Shown in pieces: positions 10,870 to 20,501 of a DNA stretch of 64,000 nucleotides. This stretch comes from Candidatus Bathyarchaeia archaeon (lineage in GTDB: Archaea > Thermoproteota > Bathyarchaeia > TCS64). The translations under genes were made by a program, and so were the position numbers. Every line of letters begins with the position of its first letter. Position 1 is the first letter of the stretch. The stretch spans positions 32,001 to 96,000 of the forward strand of contig JBEKDF010000005.1 in NCBI GenBank assembly GCA_050014495.1. The letters are read 5' to 3'. The notes below the pieces were generated by a model. It was not told where the DNA came from. It saw nothing but the letters and a program-made list of their open reading frames with translations, and did no database searches.

Positions 10870-11385
10870 ATGAAAGTCAAAGAGATTAGCCTAGCTGCCA
10901 TTCTGGCAGCGTTATATGCAACACTAGTCGTGGTTCTTGCGCCAATTAGCTATGGTCCTATCCAGTTGAGGGTTGCGGATTGTCTTATTCCACTCTCAGC
11001 TCTCCTGGGTTGGCCAGCTGCCGTGGGGGTTTCCCTTGGCGCGCTTGTGGGCAACTTCTATTATTTTTTGGGTCCTGTCGACGTGGTCTTTGGTGCTTTA
11101 GCTAACTTGTTAGCTGGTTTATTGATTTGGAGGTTGAGAAAAAGGCTGCTTATGGGGTGCGTGCTAGCATCGCTTGTCATAGGTGTGATTGTTGGTGGAT
11201 ATTTGTGGACATTTTTCCCACCTCCCGATGTGCTCGGCCTAACTCTTCCTGTGTGGCTCGCCATGATCGTAAGCATCTCACTAAGTAGTCTAATCTCAGT
11301 AACGGTAATCGGTTACGGGTTGGTCCGCGGACTCGAGGCCTCAGGGCTTAAAAAACTACTAGAGTCTCGGGGCATAATTGTGTAG
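10870..11385 (+). CDS. queT: QueT-family transporter (S-component-like)
   Basis: AALYATL..LAPISYGPIQLRVAD, GVSLG.LVGN, G.VDVVFG signature; SD GGTGA 8 nt upstream of ATG 10870. Confidence 0.85.
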   Translation: MKVKEISLAAILAALYATLVVVLAPISYGPIQLRVADCLIPLSALLGWPAAVGVSLGALVGNFYYFLGPVDVVFGALANLLAGLLIWRLRKRLLMGCVLASLVIGVIVGGYLWTFFPPPDVLGLTLPVWLAMIVSISLSSLISVTVIGYGLVRGLEASGLKKLLESRGIIV

Positions 11386-11426
11386 CGCCAGCGATATGCT
11401 TAACATACTTCGAGTGTTTTCTTCGG

Positions 11427-12017
11427 GTGATGAATCTCAAAGTCATAGGGCTGGCCGGATTCTTTGGCATTGTTGCTCCCCTATTCGGGTTGTTAATTAT
11501 CATATCGAGCATATTGCTCGCACCCTGGTTTAGCTGGACGGGTAACGCCCTTAGTGACCTCGGTGGAACGAACGGATTCGGAGCTGTAGTATTCAACTCG
11601 GGTCTCGCGATGACAGGGGCTCTCATGATGATGTTCAGCACTGGTCTCTTCGAGCTCACCAAGGGGGATGTAGTTGGGCAGGTTGGTAGTGTTGTGTATT
11701 TGCTGTCGGCAATCCTGCTTATCGCCATCGGTGTCGTTAATATCACAATCGAGCCCTGGCATCTTTACGTTAGTATAGGCTTCTTTGTGGCCCTGCCCCT
11801 CTCCGCGATCCTCACAGGTATCTTCTGCTTTAGAAAGAAGATGAGATTTTACACTCTGTTGTCATTGGGGACAGCGGTCCTCGCTGCGGTCATATGGATA
11901 CTCCCTTGGTCTGCAGTAGCCATTCCCGAAGCACTTTCAGTGGCTTACCTTGGGGTCTGGCAGATTTTGCTAGGCTATTGGATGTATAAAAGAGTCGATG
12001 GTAAGTCAGAAGGATAG
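11427..12017 (+). CDS. DUF998-like membrane protein
   Basis: PWFSW..NALSDLG, FN.GL, H.YVS; ~6 TM helices. Confidence 0.75.
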   Translation: MMNLKVIGLAGFFGIVAPLFGLLIIISSILLAPWFSWTGNALSDLGGTNGFGAVVFNSGLAMTGALMMMFSTGLFELTKGDVVGQVGSVVYLLSAILLIAIGVVNITIEPWHLYVSIGFFVALPLSAILTGIFCFRKKMRFYTLLSLGTAVLAAVIWILPWSAVAIPEALSVAYLGVWQILLGYWMYKRVDGKSEG

Positions 12018-12057
12018 CTCCTCATCCAGTTCATTATTTAGGTGCTCCCCTTGCATG

Positions 12058-13392
12058 TCATTGAACACCCAGTTTTCGCATAGTGATCAAGGCTACGGCC
12101 TTAGCGCACTCTACTATCTCATCAACGCTAACATTTTCGTCCTGGCCATGGCCATTGCTGTATGGGCCACCAACGCCGAAGTTAACACACGGCATGTTAC
12201 CATCCACAACCTGATAATTCATGTCGGTGCTGGCGAGGGTGCCGGTGAACGGGAGCTTATTACCGACCGCCTCCTGGATCAAGACTTGGCATTCTAGTGC
12301 ATAGGGGTCTGTGGCGGGAATGACGTAGCCCTCGCGGAAGTTGATAGTCTCAATCTCGTATTGGAGGTCCACGTCGGTAGCCTTGACACCGTCTAGGACT
12401 GCCTTAAACTCGGCCTGCGTACCCTCGTAAGTCTCGCTTGGTATCATGCCACGTAGCACCTCCTCCTCGCATAGGTCGGGGACGGTGGCACCCTGTACTC
12501 CGCCTCTGATAGTACCTATATTCAACATCCCCGTGGGGCACTCGATGCCCTTCGCCCTAAGTCCCTCGCCAAAGTCGATACCTGGGGTTGGGTATTTGCG
12601 TTTTAGTAGGACATTCCACCAGTAGTCGTTTAGGGCGACGTTTAGTTTGCTCATCTTCTCGATTGCGTTGACGCCGAGAATGGGTATCTGGCCATGGTAA
12701 CTCTTACCAATGGTACGTATGAGGAAACGGGTCCTACCCATGGCGCTGAGGCCGATACCCATCATGGAGCCGTCGAGCTGGATGCCGAGGTCCGCCTTCA
12801 CTATTCCCTCCTTTATTAGGTAGCCGAGACCAGCGACGCCACCTATCTCCTCGTCACAGTTCGCGGTGACAATGATGTTCCCCTTAAGCTTGACTCCCGC
12901 CTCCTTGATTGCTTCTAGAGCTAGAAGTAAGGCTGCGGTCTCGCCCTTATCGTCGCCGACACCGCGACCCCAGATGTAGCCCCCGCCTTTATCAAAGGCG
13001 CTCTTCCCATACTTGCTCGTCTTCGTTATTTCACCGCCGAGGGGGTCGATGGTCCAGCCCTGCTTCTGGATGGCTGCGGTATCTGTGTGGGCGCTTATGT
13101 GGAGTGTTGGGCCTCCCCCTGTGCCATTGAGTCGGGCGACGAGGTTCGTCCGGGGTCCGTCTAAACCGATGTGCTTCGCACCGCTCAGCCTCATGTACTT
13201 ATCAGTTGCCTCGTGGAGCGATGTCGCGTATCCAAGGCTCCTGTACTTCTCCTCGAGTATCCCGCAGATTCTGTCGTAGTCGTGCCCTGGTGGGACCTGT
13301 GTATCGAATCTGAGTATCTGCTGGAGAAGCCTGACCATACGATCCCTCTCCCCCTCTATCGCGTGAAATACATCTGTCTCTTGCTTTTTCAT
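12058..13392 (-). CDS. M20 metallopeptidase/deacylase (ArgE/DapE family)
   Basis: AHTDT, GRGVGDDKG, DEEIGG, G.NAI, H..DE. Confidence 0.9.
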   Translation of the reverse strand: MKKQETDVFHAIEGERDRMVRLLQQILRFDTQVPPGHDYDRICGILEEKYRSLGYATSLHEATDKYMRLSGAKHIGLDGPRTNLVARLNGTGGGPTLHISAHTDTAAIQKQGWTIDPLGGEITKTSKYGKSAFDKGGGYIWGRGVGDDKGETAALLLALEAIKEAGVKLKGNIIVTANCDEEIGGVAGLGYLIKEGIVKADLGIQLDGSMMGIGLSAMGRTRFLIRTIGKSYHGQIPILGVNAIEKMSKLNVALNDYWWNVLLKRKYPTPGIDFGEGLRAKGIECPTGMLNIGTIRGGVQGATVPDLCEEEVLRGMIPSETYEGTQAEFKAVLDGVKATDVDLQYEIETINFREGYVIPATDPYALECQVLIQEAVGNKLPFTGTLASTDMNYQVVDGNMPCVNFGVGGPYSNGHGQDENVSVDEIVECAKAVALITMRKLGVQ

Positions 13393-13597
13393 GGGAAATC
13401 TTCAGCGTTCTCGGTATGTAATATTTTGGCATGATTCTGACCTTTTAACTGGATCAATTCAATATCTTTAGGCTAAACCACCGGGACATTCGGTGGAATG
13501 AAGCTCGCTGGGAAAAGGCCCTCACGCCTGTTACGATAAAGGGCAATTATGTTCAACAGGGAAAGGTCGCGCGCGCGAATTATTTAAAATTGATGAG

Positions 13598-14905
13598 CTA
13601 AGGGTAGACCCTGCGCATGTCCCTAGGGAATGGTATCGTGTCCCTGATGTGCTCAAGTTTGAGCATCCATGTTAGGACACGCTCGACACCCAGGCCGAAG
13701 CCACTGTGTGGTACAGTCCCCCACTTCCTCAGCTCCATATACCACTTGTAGTCCTCAGGATTGAGGTTGTCATCCAGCACACGTTGGAGAAGTTGATTGT
13801 AGTCATGTACGCGCTGCCCGCCTCCGATGATTTCGCCGTACCCCTCGGGGGCGAGTAGATCACCCGACTTCGTAGTGTCTGGCCTCGCGGGGTCGGGCAT
13901 GTGATAGAAGGGCTTGATCCCCGTGGGGAACCCCGTAACCCAGAAAGGTAGGTCGAAGTGCTGCGTCAGTGGAGCCTCCTGCTGCCAGCCAAAGTCGTCT
14001 CCCCAGAGCATCTCGACACCATCCTTCTGCAGTATCTCCACCGCCTCATCGTACTTTATCCTCGGGAAGGGAGTCTCGATCTTTAGTAGGTCCTTGGGGT
14101 CCCTGCCTACTGCTTGTATCTCCTTGGGCATCTTCTCCGCGATGTGGTGGGCGATGTGGGTTACCAGCGCATCTCCGACCTTCATGATGCCATCATGGTC
14201 GGTCCACGGCTCTTCGACCTCCATGTGCCAGAACTCAGTAACGTGACGGCGGGTCCTACTAGGCTCGGCCCTGAAGCTCGGAGCTATCGTGTATATCTTG
14301 CCGAGGCTGCTTATCATCGCCTCCGCGTAGAGCTGCCAGCTCTGGCTCAGGTAGACATTCTTTTTATCGAAATACTTGACCTCGAAGAGGGTAGAGCCAC
14401 CCTCACATGCGGCACTGGTAAAGCTGGGGCTATGAGTCTCTGTGTACCCGTTCTCCGCGAACCAAGTCCTCGCCGCCTTTAGGAACTCGGCCTTTATCTT
14501 AAAGATGGTCTGCAACTTCGGGTCCCTGATCTGAAGGTGCCTGTTATCTAGTAGGAACTCGAGGCCGTGCTCCTTCTTCGTTAGGGGGAAGTCTGGCTGA
14601 GCCTCGTAGACTGTGCCGAGGTTATTGACGAAGAGCTCGTAGCCACCCGGGGCGCGCTGGTCCACGCGGACCTGACCCCCCAGTTCGAGTGTTGACTCCA
14701 TCGGGAGTCTCTCGAGATTATTGAAGGTGGCTTCGTCGACGTTCCTCTTGTTCACGGTGCACTGTAGTACACCTGTGCCGTCGCGTATCTGGAGAAAGAC
14801 AAGGCCGCCACTACTCCTACTGTTGTATAACCATCCGCGGATCTGGACCTGCTTCTCATCATGCTTTCCGCCAAGTATCTTGGCTATGTCCACGAAACCG
14901 GTCAT
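13598..14905 (-). CDS. asnS: Asparagine--tRNA ligase
   Basis: OB fold (GW...R..GGLVF..RDGTG), YLSQSWQLY, FRAEPSRTRRH, GYGEIIGGGQR, PHSGFGLGVER. Confidence 0.92.
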   Translation of the reverse strand: MTGFVDIAKILGGKHDEKQVQIRGWLYNSRSSGGLVFLQIRDGTGVLQCTVNKRNVDEATFNNLERLPMESTLELGGQVRVDQRAPGGYELFVNNLGTVYEAQPDFPLTKKEHGLEFLLDNRHLQIRDPKLQTIFKIKAEFLKAARTWFAENGYTETHSPSFTSAACEGGSTLFEVKYFDKKNVYLSQSWQLYAEAMISSLGKIYTIAPSFRAEPSRTRRHVTEFWHMEVEEPWTDHDGIMKVGDALVTHIAHHIAEKMPKEIQAVGRDPKDLLKIETPFPRIKYDEAVEILQKDGVEMLWGDDFGWQQEAPLTQHFDLPFWVTGFPTGIKPFYHMPDPARPDTTKSGDLLAPEGYGEIIGGGQRVHDYNQLLQRVLDDNLNPEDYKWYMELRKWGTVPHSGFGLGVERVLTWMLKLEHIRDTIPFPRDMRRVYP

Positions 14906-15019
14906 ATTGACCGAAGAGGATGCTACGGCCCATATATTATAGTCTTCTCCCACCCCATTGTAATTTTTACAGGTTCCAGGGAATAGAAATAAAGGAGTTG
15001 AGTGGGAGGGTTTTGCTTA

Positions 15020-15535
15020 ATGAGGATACTTGCATTGATCGGGAGCCCCCGTCGGGGAGGGAACAGTGACCTACTCGTAGACGCTGCCCTAAGGGAGGCT
15101 GCGAAGCGTGGGCACCAGGGTGAGAAGCTCTACCTCTACGAATACGAAATGAAGCCCTGCGTTGACTGCCGCGCCTGCAAGCAGGAGGAGATGATATGCG
15201 TGTTAAAGGACGACCTACCCAAAATCTACAAGAGGATAGACGCCGCTGACGCCCTCGTTCTCGCCACCCCAATCTACTGGTACGGCTCAACAGCCCAGAT
15301 GAAATTACTAATCGATAGACTACGCCCATACATCGTTAACCGCCGCCTCGAGGGAAAGAAAGCCTACCTTATCGCTCCCTCCGAGGAGGGGCCAAGCGCT
15401 TGCGGGCCTCTGGTTGACAGTCTAAAGATGAGTTTCAATGCCGGGGAGGCGCTAGTAACTGCCAACGAGAAGGGTGAGGTTGCGAAGAAGCCGGAAGAGC
15501 TAGAGAAGGCGCGCGGCCTCCTTTCGGGACTCTAG
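15020..15535 (+). CDS. Flavodoxin-like iron-sulfur flavoprotein / NADPH-dependent FMN reductase
   Basis: GSPRRGGNS, CxxCxxC-x5-C, ATPIYWY, K.LIDR. Confidence 0.88.
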   Translation: MRILALIGSPRRGGNSDLLVDAALREAAKRGHQGEKLYLYEYEMKPCVDCRACKQEEMICVLKDDLPKIYKRIDAADALVLATPIYWYGSTAQMKLLIDRLRPYIVNRRLEGKKAYLIAPSEEGPSACGPLVDSLKMSFNAGEALVTANEKGEVAKKPEELEKARGLLSGL

Positions 15536-18096
15536 CGTGTAAAGAATGCTCCGAGCCCCGTTTGTCGTGGGCGCCCGACGAGTTCGTCGAAGCTCATGTC
15601 GAGGGCGTCGAGCACCTGTTCGAAGGTACCCTCGAGGTACTCCTCCATCTTGCCTATGTCAACGTCCTTCTTGCTCGCAATCTGCACGGGTTTGACTCCA
15701 TCTTTCGTGACTACGTAACTGATTATGTCCCCTTCCTTAAGCTCGTAGCCCTGCTCCTCGAGCATCCTACCCGCCCTGACGTGCTGGGGCGTTGTGTCGT
15801 AGCCTGCGAGGCCCTTTCCGAGCATCATGCTGAAGGCGACCTCCTCTATGTCAAACTCACGGTTCTTGAGGCGGTGGTTGATGGTAGTAACGAGGTTCCT
15901 GATCTCCTCCTTAGCGAGGGGGAACTCTTCGGGACCCTCGACGTTGCTGAGGATATTAGTGAGTTTGATGAAAGCATCCTTAAGTATTGGTGGAATGTGG
16001 CGCTTCTTCCCCGTTAGTCCCTTTATATCGAGTTTACCGTCGGGGTAGACACCGAGGTAGTTCTTCTTCCTGCTGCTGAATATCGCATATCGGTACTGTT
16101 TGTCGACGTCGAGGTCGATACCAAGTTCCGCGTCTGCCCAGCCAACGAGGCCTTCGATCTGCTCTTTCGACGGCTTCTCTAGAAAGACTGAATCCGTGTC
16201 GCCATAGATGACCTCTATGCCAAGTTGTTGACTCTTGTCGACCGCCTTGGTCATCGCATAGCGACCGACGGCGGCGGTGCTCTCCGCCAGCGGGGGGCAG
16301 TAAAGGGGGAAGCTCTCGGAACCGAAGACCCCATAGCTGGCATTAAGGAAGACCTTGAGAGCCTGTGTGACGACGTCGTAATACTGTCGCTCCTCGACGC
16401 TGAGGGTCTTATCCTTACTGAGGGGCTTATACCACTGGACCCTTAGGTCGCGTAGGCTACCAATAATGAGGCTCGTCATCCCGCGATTCTTCTTGCAGAC
16501 CCAATGGGGGGTGCCGGGGACAAGGTTGTCCCTGCACTCTGGGTGGTTGCAGAGGATGGTGTCGTAGCTTAGGTTCCAGTTCCTGATGGCGCTGGGGTAA
16601 AGGCTGGCGAAGTCGCAGACGACGACACCGAAGTGTACGCCGGGTTTGGGGTCCCTAACTATTGCTCCCTGGTACTTCTTGCCCTTAATTATGCTAGTGG
16701 TGCTCGTCTGCCCCTTAACGTCTAGGATATCTTGGGTGTTGGGGATGAGCCAGCCTCGCCTACGATGTTCCCACTCCATGAGAGATAGTATCCACCGGCT
16801 CACACCGTTTCGTGTGACATCCTCCATTATCATTTTGCTGATTCGTGTGAGTAGAACTATAAGATTCATGGCGAGGTCGTGGTTGAAGGCGGTTAGCTGG
16901 TAGGTGAGGTCAGCATCATTTAGGCAGTACTGGGCAAGGTCCTGTATGTTCGCTGTCGTGATGTCTCCAATCTGAAGCTTTTCCATGTTGAGGAGGTTCT
17001 TGGATATCTCATTAAGTGTGTTTTCCCTGTAGCGGTTTCCGAAGGCGTAGCCCTGTATGCTCCTGTTCATGAAGAATTTGTAGAGATCGAGGTGGACGCC
17101 ATTTCTGAGGAAGGCGAATCTTCGTCCCATGACTATGGGGTTCTCGGAGTCGGGGATACCGAGGTTCTTCGCCCTGTTACGCATGTAACGGAAGTCGAAG
17201 TCGTCGCCGTTGAACGTGAGGACGACGGGGTACTCGTCGAGGATCTGGAATGTCTCCCTGATTATGTCACGCTCGTCAGTGTAGACTTTGACTTCCGCGC
17301 CAAGGACGACGGGTGTGGGAACGTCATGGTCAGTGTCATTAAGGACGATTATCCTGCGGAAGCCATCGCTGGCTGAAAATCCTACGGCTGTGATTGGTTC
17401 CTGTGCCTCATTGGCATTAGGAAGCCTGTTCTGGACACTTGGACGGACCTCGATGTCGATCGCGACGCGCCGCAGCTTGGGAACTGGGCATTGTAGGAGG
17501 CGGGTCCACTCCTTCATGTTACCCCTGAACTCGGGCTCAATTTTCTCTAGGATATTGTCAATCTTCGCTTCCGTCTCCATATCGAGGGTGTAACCGGCAT
17601 CGACTAGGTTGCCGTTCTCGATCCTGTATGGCATTCCGGTGATGAGTTCGCGGTCGTAGATGTAGCACTGGTAGTACCTGATTCGACTCTCCCAGCTGTC
17701 CCCAATGATACTCCTTATAGGTTGACCCCTGCCACCGCCTATGCTGAGAGGGTCCTTAGCGACGACCTTCGTAACCTTGATCTCCTGGTCTGCGAGTGAG
17801 TCATGTTTGGGGACCTCCTCCATGAAGAAGTAGCCCTCGTGGCGGAGTAGGCGCTGGTTCTTCTCAAGCTCCTTGATAGGCTCCCTGCTTAAGCAGTATG
17901 GGAGGTGGCTCGTGTTATCGTACCAGAGGTAGACCTGCTGGCTCACGGGCTCGTAAAGTCGTAGGTACGCCTTCTGCTCCTCGCCATCGTAGCCAGCGCT
18001 GAGGAGATAGCTTGTGGGAAGGTTGTCAGGAGCAATCCGTCCCTTTGGTCTAATCTCCTCCTCGCTCTCGTCCATGATGAAGTCAGGAGCAGCCAT
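15532..18096 (-). CDS. polB: Family B DNA polymerase (crenarchaeal PolB1 type)
   Basis: Exo DIE and FNGDDFD; polymerase DFASLYPS, K..LNASYG, YGDTDS, KKNY; no intein. Confidence 0.95.
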   Translation of the reverse strand: MAAPDFIMDESEEEIRPKGRIAPDNLPTSYLLSAGYDGEEQKAYLRLYEPVSQQVYLWYDNTSHLPYCLSREPIKELEKNQRLLRHEGYFFMEEVPKHDSLADQEIKVTKVVAKDPLSIGGGRGQPIRSIIGDSWESRIRYYQCYIYDRELITGMPYRIENGNLVDAGYTLDMETEAKIDNILEKIEPEFRGNMKEWTRLLQCPVPKLRRVAIDIEVRPSVQNRLPNANEAQEPITAVGFSASDGFRRIIVLNDTDHDVPTPVVLGAEVKVYTDERDIIRETFQILDEYPVVLTFNGDDFDFRYMRNRAKNLGIPDSENPIVMGRRFAFLRNGVHLDLYKFFMNRSIQGYAFGNRYRENTLNEISKNLLNMEKLQIGDITTANIQDLAQYCLNDADLTYQLTAFNHDLAMNLIVLLTRISKMIMEDVTRNGVSRWILSLMEWEHRRRGWLIPNTQDILDVKGQTSTTSIIKGKKYQGAIVRDPKPGVHFGVVVCDFASLYPSAIRNWNLSYDTILCNHPECRDNLVPGTPHWVCKKNRGMTSLIIGSLRDLRVQWYKPLSKDKTLSVEERQYYDVVTQALKVFLNASYGVFGSESFPLYCPPLAESTAAVGRYAMTKAVDKSQQLGIEVIYGDTDSVFLEKPSKEQIEGLVGWADAELGIDLDVDKQYRYAIFSSRKKNYLGVYPDGKLDIKGLTGKKRHIPPILKDAFIKLTNILSNVEGPEEFPLAKEEIRNLVTTINHRLKNREFDIEEVAFSMMLGKGLAGYDTTPQHVRAGRMLEEQGYELKEGDIISYVVTKDGVKPVQIASKKDVDIGKMEEYLEGTFEQVLDALDMSFDELVGRPRQTGLGAFFTR

Positions 18097-18128
18097 CGCG
18101 TAGACTTCGACTCGCTGGGATATATGGA

Positions 18129-19025
18129 CTATGAGGGGGAGCCACGGCGAGCTCTCTCAGCCAAGTAGAGGGTCTCGAGAACGATGTAGGCTGCTTGGAT
18201 CGCGGTTAAACCCGAATCGTAATTGGGGGAGACCTCGCTCAAATCAAATCCGACGAGGTGTTCATCGACGGCGGTAGCAATCATGTCGAGTAGCTGGGTT
18301 ACCCCGATGCCTTCTGGGCTGGGGTTGCCAACGGCGGGAGCCTCAGCGGGGTCGACTGCATCCATGTCGATGCTTAGATAGACTGACTCAACTCCTTCGA
18401 GGGCTTCCTTGATCATTTCTTGGACGGGTTCGATACCAAACCGCTTTACGTCTTGCGCCGTGACGACGGTGACACACTTCTCCTTGGCGTATTCAATCTC
18501 CTCCGCAGAGAGGGCGCGTGCTGCGACGATTACGAGCTTAAATCCCTGCTCCTCATATGCCCTGCGTAGATAAGTAGCGTGACATAGGCGCTCGTCAAAG
18601 AGGGTGTCCCTGAGATCGAGATGGGCGTCGAAAACTATGACCATGGCAGGGCAGAGGGCGCGTAAAGCGCCGAGTGTGATCGTGTGTTCACCTCCGAGCA
18701 TGACTGGTAGCTTACCCGAACCCTTGATCTCTTCTACGAGCCTCCTGATTTTTTCTACGGTGGGCCCAACCTCCTCTACCTCGGCGATGTCGCCTATGTC
18801 GACGAGTTTGAGGTCCTCCCAGTCGAGGCCCGTCCTTACGCTGTAGCTCTCCATGTATTGGCTTACCTCCCTGATTGCGTTGGGGGCGAACCTGCTGCCG
18901 CTCCGGTAAGAGGCGGTCCGGTCCAGTGGTGCCCCGAAGAGTAAGTAGTCAGCATCCTCGGGTTCGCCTGACTTCTCGAAGAAAAGCTCGGGAACAGGAT
19001 TCAGCAACTCGTCAAATATCTTCAT
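18129..19025 (-). CDS. speB: Agmatinase
   Basis: GSRFAP, GGEHT, DAHLD, SIDMDAVDP. Confidence 0.9.
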   Translation of the reverse strand: MKIFDELLNPVPELFFEKSGEPEDADYLLFGAPLDRTASYRSGSRFAPNAIREVSQYMESYSVRTGLDWEDLKLVDIGDIAEVEEVGPTVEKIRRLVEEIKGSGKLPVMLGGEHTITLGALRALCPAMVIVFDAHLDLRDTLFDERLCHATYLRRAYEEQGFKLVIVAARALSAEEIEYAKEKCVTVVTAQDVKRFGIEPVQEMIKEALEGVESVYLSIDMDAVDPAEAPAVGNPSPEGIGVTQLLDMIATAVDEHLVGFDLSEVSPNYDSGLTAIQAAYIVLETLYLAERARRGSPS

Positions 19026-19588
19026 ATCTGTACCTCCTTCCATCGGTAGCACTTGGTTAGATGGTCGTTTACGAGACCAGCTGCTTGCATGTAGGCATAA
19101 CAGATGGTTGGGCCAATGAAGGTGAAACCCCGCTTCCTAAGGTCCTTGCTCATTGCGCGGCTCTCCTCAGTCTCCACGGGCATATCCTTGAAGATGGTAA
19201 ATGTGTTGACTTTCTGCTTGCCGCCGACGAAGCTCCAGATATACCTATCGAAGGAACCGAACTCCTTCTGGACCTCAAGTAAAGCGCGGGCATTCTTTAC
19301 AGCTGCCTCGATCTTCCTACGGTTACGGATGATGCCGGGGTGATTCATGATTCTCTCTGTGTCTGCGTCCGTGTAGGCGGCGACCCTCTTAGGATCGAAG
19401 TTGTGGAAGGCCTCGCGGTAGGCTTCGCGCCTGTATAGGACGGTGCGCCAGCTGAGTCCCGCCTGGACGCCTTCGAGGACTATAAACTCAAGGTGGAGCC
19501 GGTCGTCGTGGATTTGTACTCCCCACTCCCCGTTGTGGTAGGCCGTCATTAGTGGGTCGTTTGTGCCCCAGCCGCAAGTCTCCTTCAT
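19022..19588 (-). CDS. tag: DNA-3-methyladenine glycosylase I
   Basis: C.W...YH..EWG, QAGLSW, IIRNR.KI, GPTICYAYMQAAG.VNDH...C. Confidence 0.95.
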   Translation of the reverse strand: MKETCGWGTNDPLMTAYHNGEWGVQIHDDRLHLEFIVLEGVQAGLSWRTVLYRREAYREAFHNFDPKRVAAYTDADTERIMNHPGIIRNRRKIEAAVKNARALLEVQKEFGSFDRYIWSFVGGKQKVNTFTIFKDMPVETEESRAMSKDLRKRGFTFIGPTICYAYMQAAGLVNDHLTKCYRWKEVQI

Positions 19589-19680
19589 GGGTTGAGCGAG
19601 GGGCGGTGGTCTCAAAAGGTTTACGAAAACTCACATCAATACTCTTAAATATATCGTTGTGATAAGCTTCTCAGATTATA

Positions 19681-20478
19681 ATGGCAAGCGCGAAGGAGAT
19701 CAAGGAAGCAGTAAAGAAGAGATACACAGCAATAGCTGAGTCGAGCAGCAACGGGTCCGGAAGCGGTTGTGGCTGCGGCAGCGACGTGGATAGCGGGAGC
19801 TGCTGCGGAGGAGGCGTCAACCCTAAGCAAGCAGCGGCGATGATCGGGTACAACGTCAAGGAGCTTGATGAGATCCCACAGGAAGCAATACTCGGCCTAG
19901 GATGCGGGTCCCCAGTAGCCTACGTCGGGCTCAAGCCGGGGGAGACCATTCTTGACCTCGGTTCAGGTGGTGGCATAGACGTTTTCCTAGCCGCCAAGAA
20001 GGTCGGCGCTAAGGGCAAAGTCCTCGGCGTCGACATGAACGAGGCGATGATAAAGAGGGCGAGGGAGGCAGCGGAGGAGTATGGCTTCAAGAACGTCGAG
20101 TTCCGCCTCGGAGAGATCGAGGAGATGCCCATCGAGGATAGCACTGTAGACGCGATAATCAGCAACTGCGTAATCAACCTCAGCCCGGATAAGCCGCAGG
20201 TCTTCCGCGAGGCCTACCGCGTACTCAAGCCCGGCGGCAGGATAACGGTCAGCGACATAGTCACAGAGGGCAGGATTCCCGAGGAGATCAGGCGCGACCT
20301 TGATTCGTGGGCGAGCTGCGTTTCAGGCGCTCTCCCCCAGGAGGAGTACCTCAAGGATATAGAGGCTGCCGGCTTCAAGAAACCCAAGATACTTTTGGAG
20401 TCGTACTACGACACCAGTGAATATGATGTAGGCTTCAAGGTCAAAAGCATCACAGTTGAAGCCTACAAGGCAAAGTAA
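19681..20478 (+). CDS. arsM: Arsenite S-adenosylmethyltransferase
   Basis: Cys-rich N-terminus (SCC), LGCGSP, DLGSGGG.D, SNCVINL, W..CVSGA. Confidence 0.9.
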   Translation: MASAKEIKEAVKKRYTAIAESSSNGSGSGCGCGSDVDSGSCCGGGVNPKQAAAMIGYNVKELDEIPQEAILGLGCGSPVAYVGLKPGETILDLGSGGGIDVFLAAKKVGAKGKVLGVDMNEAMIKRAREAAEEYGFKNVEFRLGEIEEMPIEDSTVDAIISNCVINLSPDKPQVFREAYRVLKPGGRITVSDIVTEGRIPEEIRRDLDSWASCVSGALPQEEYLKDIEAAGFKKPKILLESYYDTSEYDVGFKVKSITVEAYKAK

Positions 20479-20501
20479 TAAATTCGTTATCTATTGCTAC
20501 A

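Noticed and set aside
15508..15517. GCGCGC-type strings inside intact genes
   Set aside because: Explained by Ala/Arg codons and not associated with breakpoints; excluded from the junction-tract list.
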